64,000 nt of DNA from an uncultured Alphaproteobacteria bacterium (GTDB taxonomy: Bacteria > Pseudomonadota > Alphaproteobacteria > Rhizobiales > Rhizobiaceae), in the NCBI GenBank assembly GCA_963776115.1, contig CAVZLS010000023.1, forward strand, positions 193,093 to 257,092, written 5' to 3'. Below the pieces are notes generated by a model that did not search any database, had not been told where the DNA came from, and saw nothing but the letters and a program-made list of their open reading frames with translations. The translations under genes were made by a program, and so were the position numbers. This document shows, in pieces, positions 62,539-64,000 of the stretch (its first letter is position 1; the number at the start of each line of letters is the position of its first letter).

Positions 62539-63147
62539 GTGAGGCACATCTTTATCCTGCCGGCGCTCGCGATTGCACTTTGTTCATGCATAACCCAGTC
62601 AGCAATTGTCAAAGATGTGCACGTGGGTGATCAGATAGCCTATGGACCAGTTGTTACGGCCTATTACGCTGTTTTAGAGTTTCTGCAAATCAGACCGTTT
62701 TATTCGATGAAATCGGGATATGGCTTCGAGACCCGCTTCGCTAGCTATGGCAAGGCTTCGTTTGTTGAAGCTTGGAGCTTTGGCCAGCAGCTCGACTACA
62801 GCAAAGGTGTGTCGCAAAAGGGGATTTGCTTCCAAGCGCCGTGCATGATTGAGGAGACAGGGCTTGTCCTTTTGAGCGAGGCCGATTTTCTGGCAGCGGC
62901 GCAAAACGGTTTTGCTTTCGCGTTGGTAGGCAAGCTGCGAAGGATCAATGGGAAGGCATCAGCGCAGGCTTTTGGCGCGGTGCTGAAGCTCAAAAAACAG
63001 CTTGCGCCCACCGCGTCAGCGATTCAGGTGATCGAGCCGCCTCCGAAGCCCTACCCGGATCTATCTTTGGAATTGGATGCGAAATCGGGAGAGTTGCGTC
63101 CACGTGAACAGGCGCTGTATCCAAACCAAAAGCCTCGACCAGATTAG
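62539..63147 (+). CDS. hypothetical lipoprotein
   Basis: GTG after GGGAGA; signal peptide with LCSC lipobox-like motif; codon usage less GC-biased than neighbours. Confidence 0.55.
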   Translation: MRHIFILPALAIALCSCITQSAIVKDVHVGDQIAYGPVVTAYYAVLEFLQIRPFYSMKSGYGFETRFASYGKASFVEAWSFGQQLDYSKGVSQKGICFQAPCMIEETGLVLLSEADFLAAAQNGFAFALVGKLRRINGKASAQAFGAVLKLKKQLAPTASAIQVIEPPPKPYPDLSLELDAKSGELRPREQALYPNQKPRPD

Positions 63148-63164
63148 CAGGTCTTGACCCTAGA

Positions 63165-63479
63165 TCACCCCGCGCGAAAGCCGCGTGCCGCTGCAATATG
63201 CATCGGCGCGATGCTGTAGCTGTTCAGTCCCGCCATCACCGTCGGGTCGTTCTCGGCAAATTGTACTGCTTGATTGTGATCCACGACTTCGAGCAGGGCG
63301 ATACCGAACCAGCCGTCCGGGTCTTGCACCGGGCCATAGGCGAGAACGGTTCCCTCTTCGAAATATTCGCCGACATAGGTCACGTGCTGGCGCATCAATT
63401 CCTGTTCGTCGTCGTCCATATCGTCGGCGAAGGTCGGGCGCGGCGGGATCAAGCGGAAAAAGAAATGCTGCGTGGTCAT
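63165..63479 (-). CDS. YciI family protein
   Basis: PRPTF, MRQH, YGPVQDP, NDPTV; GAGGG RBS. Confidence 0.85.
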   Translation of the reverse strand: MTTQHFFFRLIPPRPTFADDMDDDEQELMRQHVTYVGEYFEEGTVLAYGPVQDPDGWFGIALLEVVDHNQAVQFAENDPTVMAGLNSYSIAPMHIAAARGFRAG

Positions 63480-63585
63480 CGTTTCAGTCCCCTCTGTGCG
63501 ATGGTGCCGTGACGGTTCATCATACCGCAGGAACATGGGACTTGCGATCCAGTAAATATTTTCCGCGTTCCGGGGGCTCTTTCCC

Positions 63586-63726
63586 AGAGTCTAAACGAAA
63601 TTTGCCAGGGGTGGCGAAAATGGTGATTTTCGAGCACCGAAGCGCAGCGTACGTTTGGTACGTGAGCATCGGAGCCAGACAAAACGCCAGTTGCAGCCCT
63701 CCATGGCAAATTTACGGTTGGGCTCT
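63586..63726. repeat. BRU-RS/RPE-like palindromic element, copy 2
   Basis: IRs agagtctaaacgaaatttgcca / tggcaaatttacggttgggctct; same core (ttttcgagcaccg..gcgtacg..gtacgtgagca) as 56717-56858. Confidence 0.8.
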
Positions 63727-64000
63727 TACGTGATCCATTTCGCTTTTGATCAGTCCGCCAAGCCGCTGCATGCCTGTATCGATCGCTTCGGCGTCGGGCA
63801 GGGAGAAGTTCAGCCTTATCGTGTTCCTGCCGGTGCCATCAGCGTGGAAGGCCGCACCCGGCACGAAAGCGACGCGGATCTGCTCGATCGAACGGGCCAG
63901 CAGCGCCGCACCATCCATATGGTCCGGCAGCGTCATCCAGACGAACATGCCTCCCTCTGGCTTTGTCCATGTGACGCCTTCCGGCATATATCGTGCCAGG
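63712..64000 (-). CDS. PLP-dependent aminotransferase class I/II (3' end only)
   Basis: WTKPEGGMFVW, VAFVPGAAF, IRLNFS. Confidence 0.88.
   Translation of the reverse strand, partial: LARYMPEGVTWTKPEGGMFVWMTLPDHMDGAALLARSIEQIRVAFVPGAAFHADGTGRNTIRLNFSLPDAEAIDTGMQRLGGLIKSEMDHVRAQP

Overview
Chromosomal segment of a GC-rich Hyphomicrobiales (Rhizobiales) alphaproteobacterium; gene order and repeat types look Phyllobacterium/Brucella-like (inference). Most of it is core backbone: gor, class II DAHP synthase, nhaA, dgkA, nadE, gltX, malic enzyme, a Pho-box-led plcP/agt-like pair, dgcA, an mlaEFD-type operon, a large GPR/RgsE-type polar growth protein, fdx/fpr, folP-folK, ycjXF, sixA, dksA, cckA, cysK, mbfA, psuK/psuG, recA and alaS. 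A variable zone at about 43.6-55 kb holds a VapBC-type toxin-antitoxin pair, small stress and detoxification genes and decayed fragments. About eleven reading-frame breaks are each repaired by removing one base, which points to sequencing or assembly error rather than pseudogenes. The best leads are: a structured leader with a 14-codon uORF ahead of an ABC exporter, a TetR gene with its middle deleted beside intact operators, fifteen 29-aa repeats in the GPR-like protein, a duplicated start segment in cckA, no folB between folP and folK, unannotated small proteins, and palindromic repeat elements, one of which supplies a gene's stop codon. I saw no tRNA, rRNA, CRISPR array, transposase or prophage. 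All family assignments come from motif recognition, not database searches.
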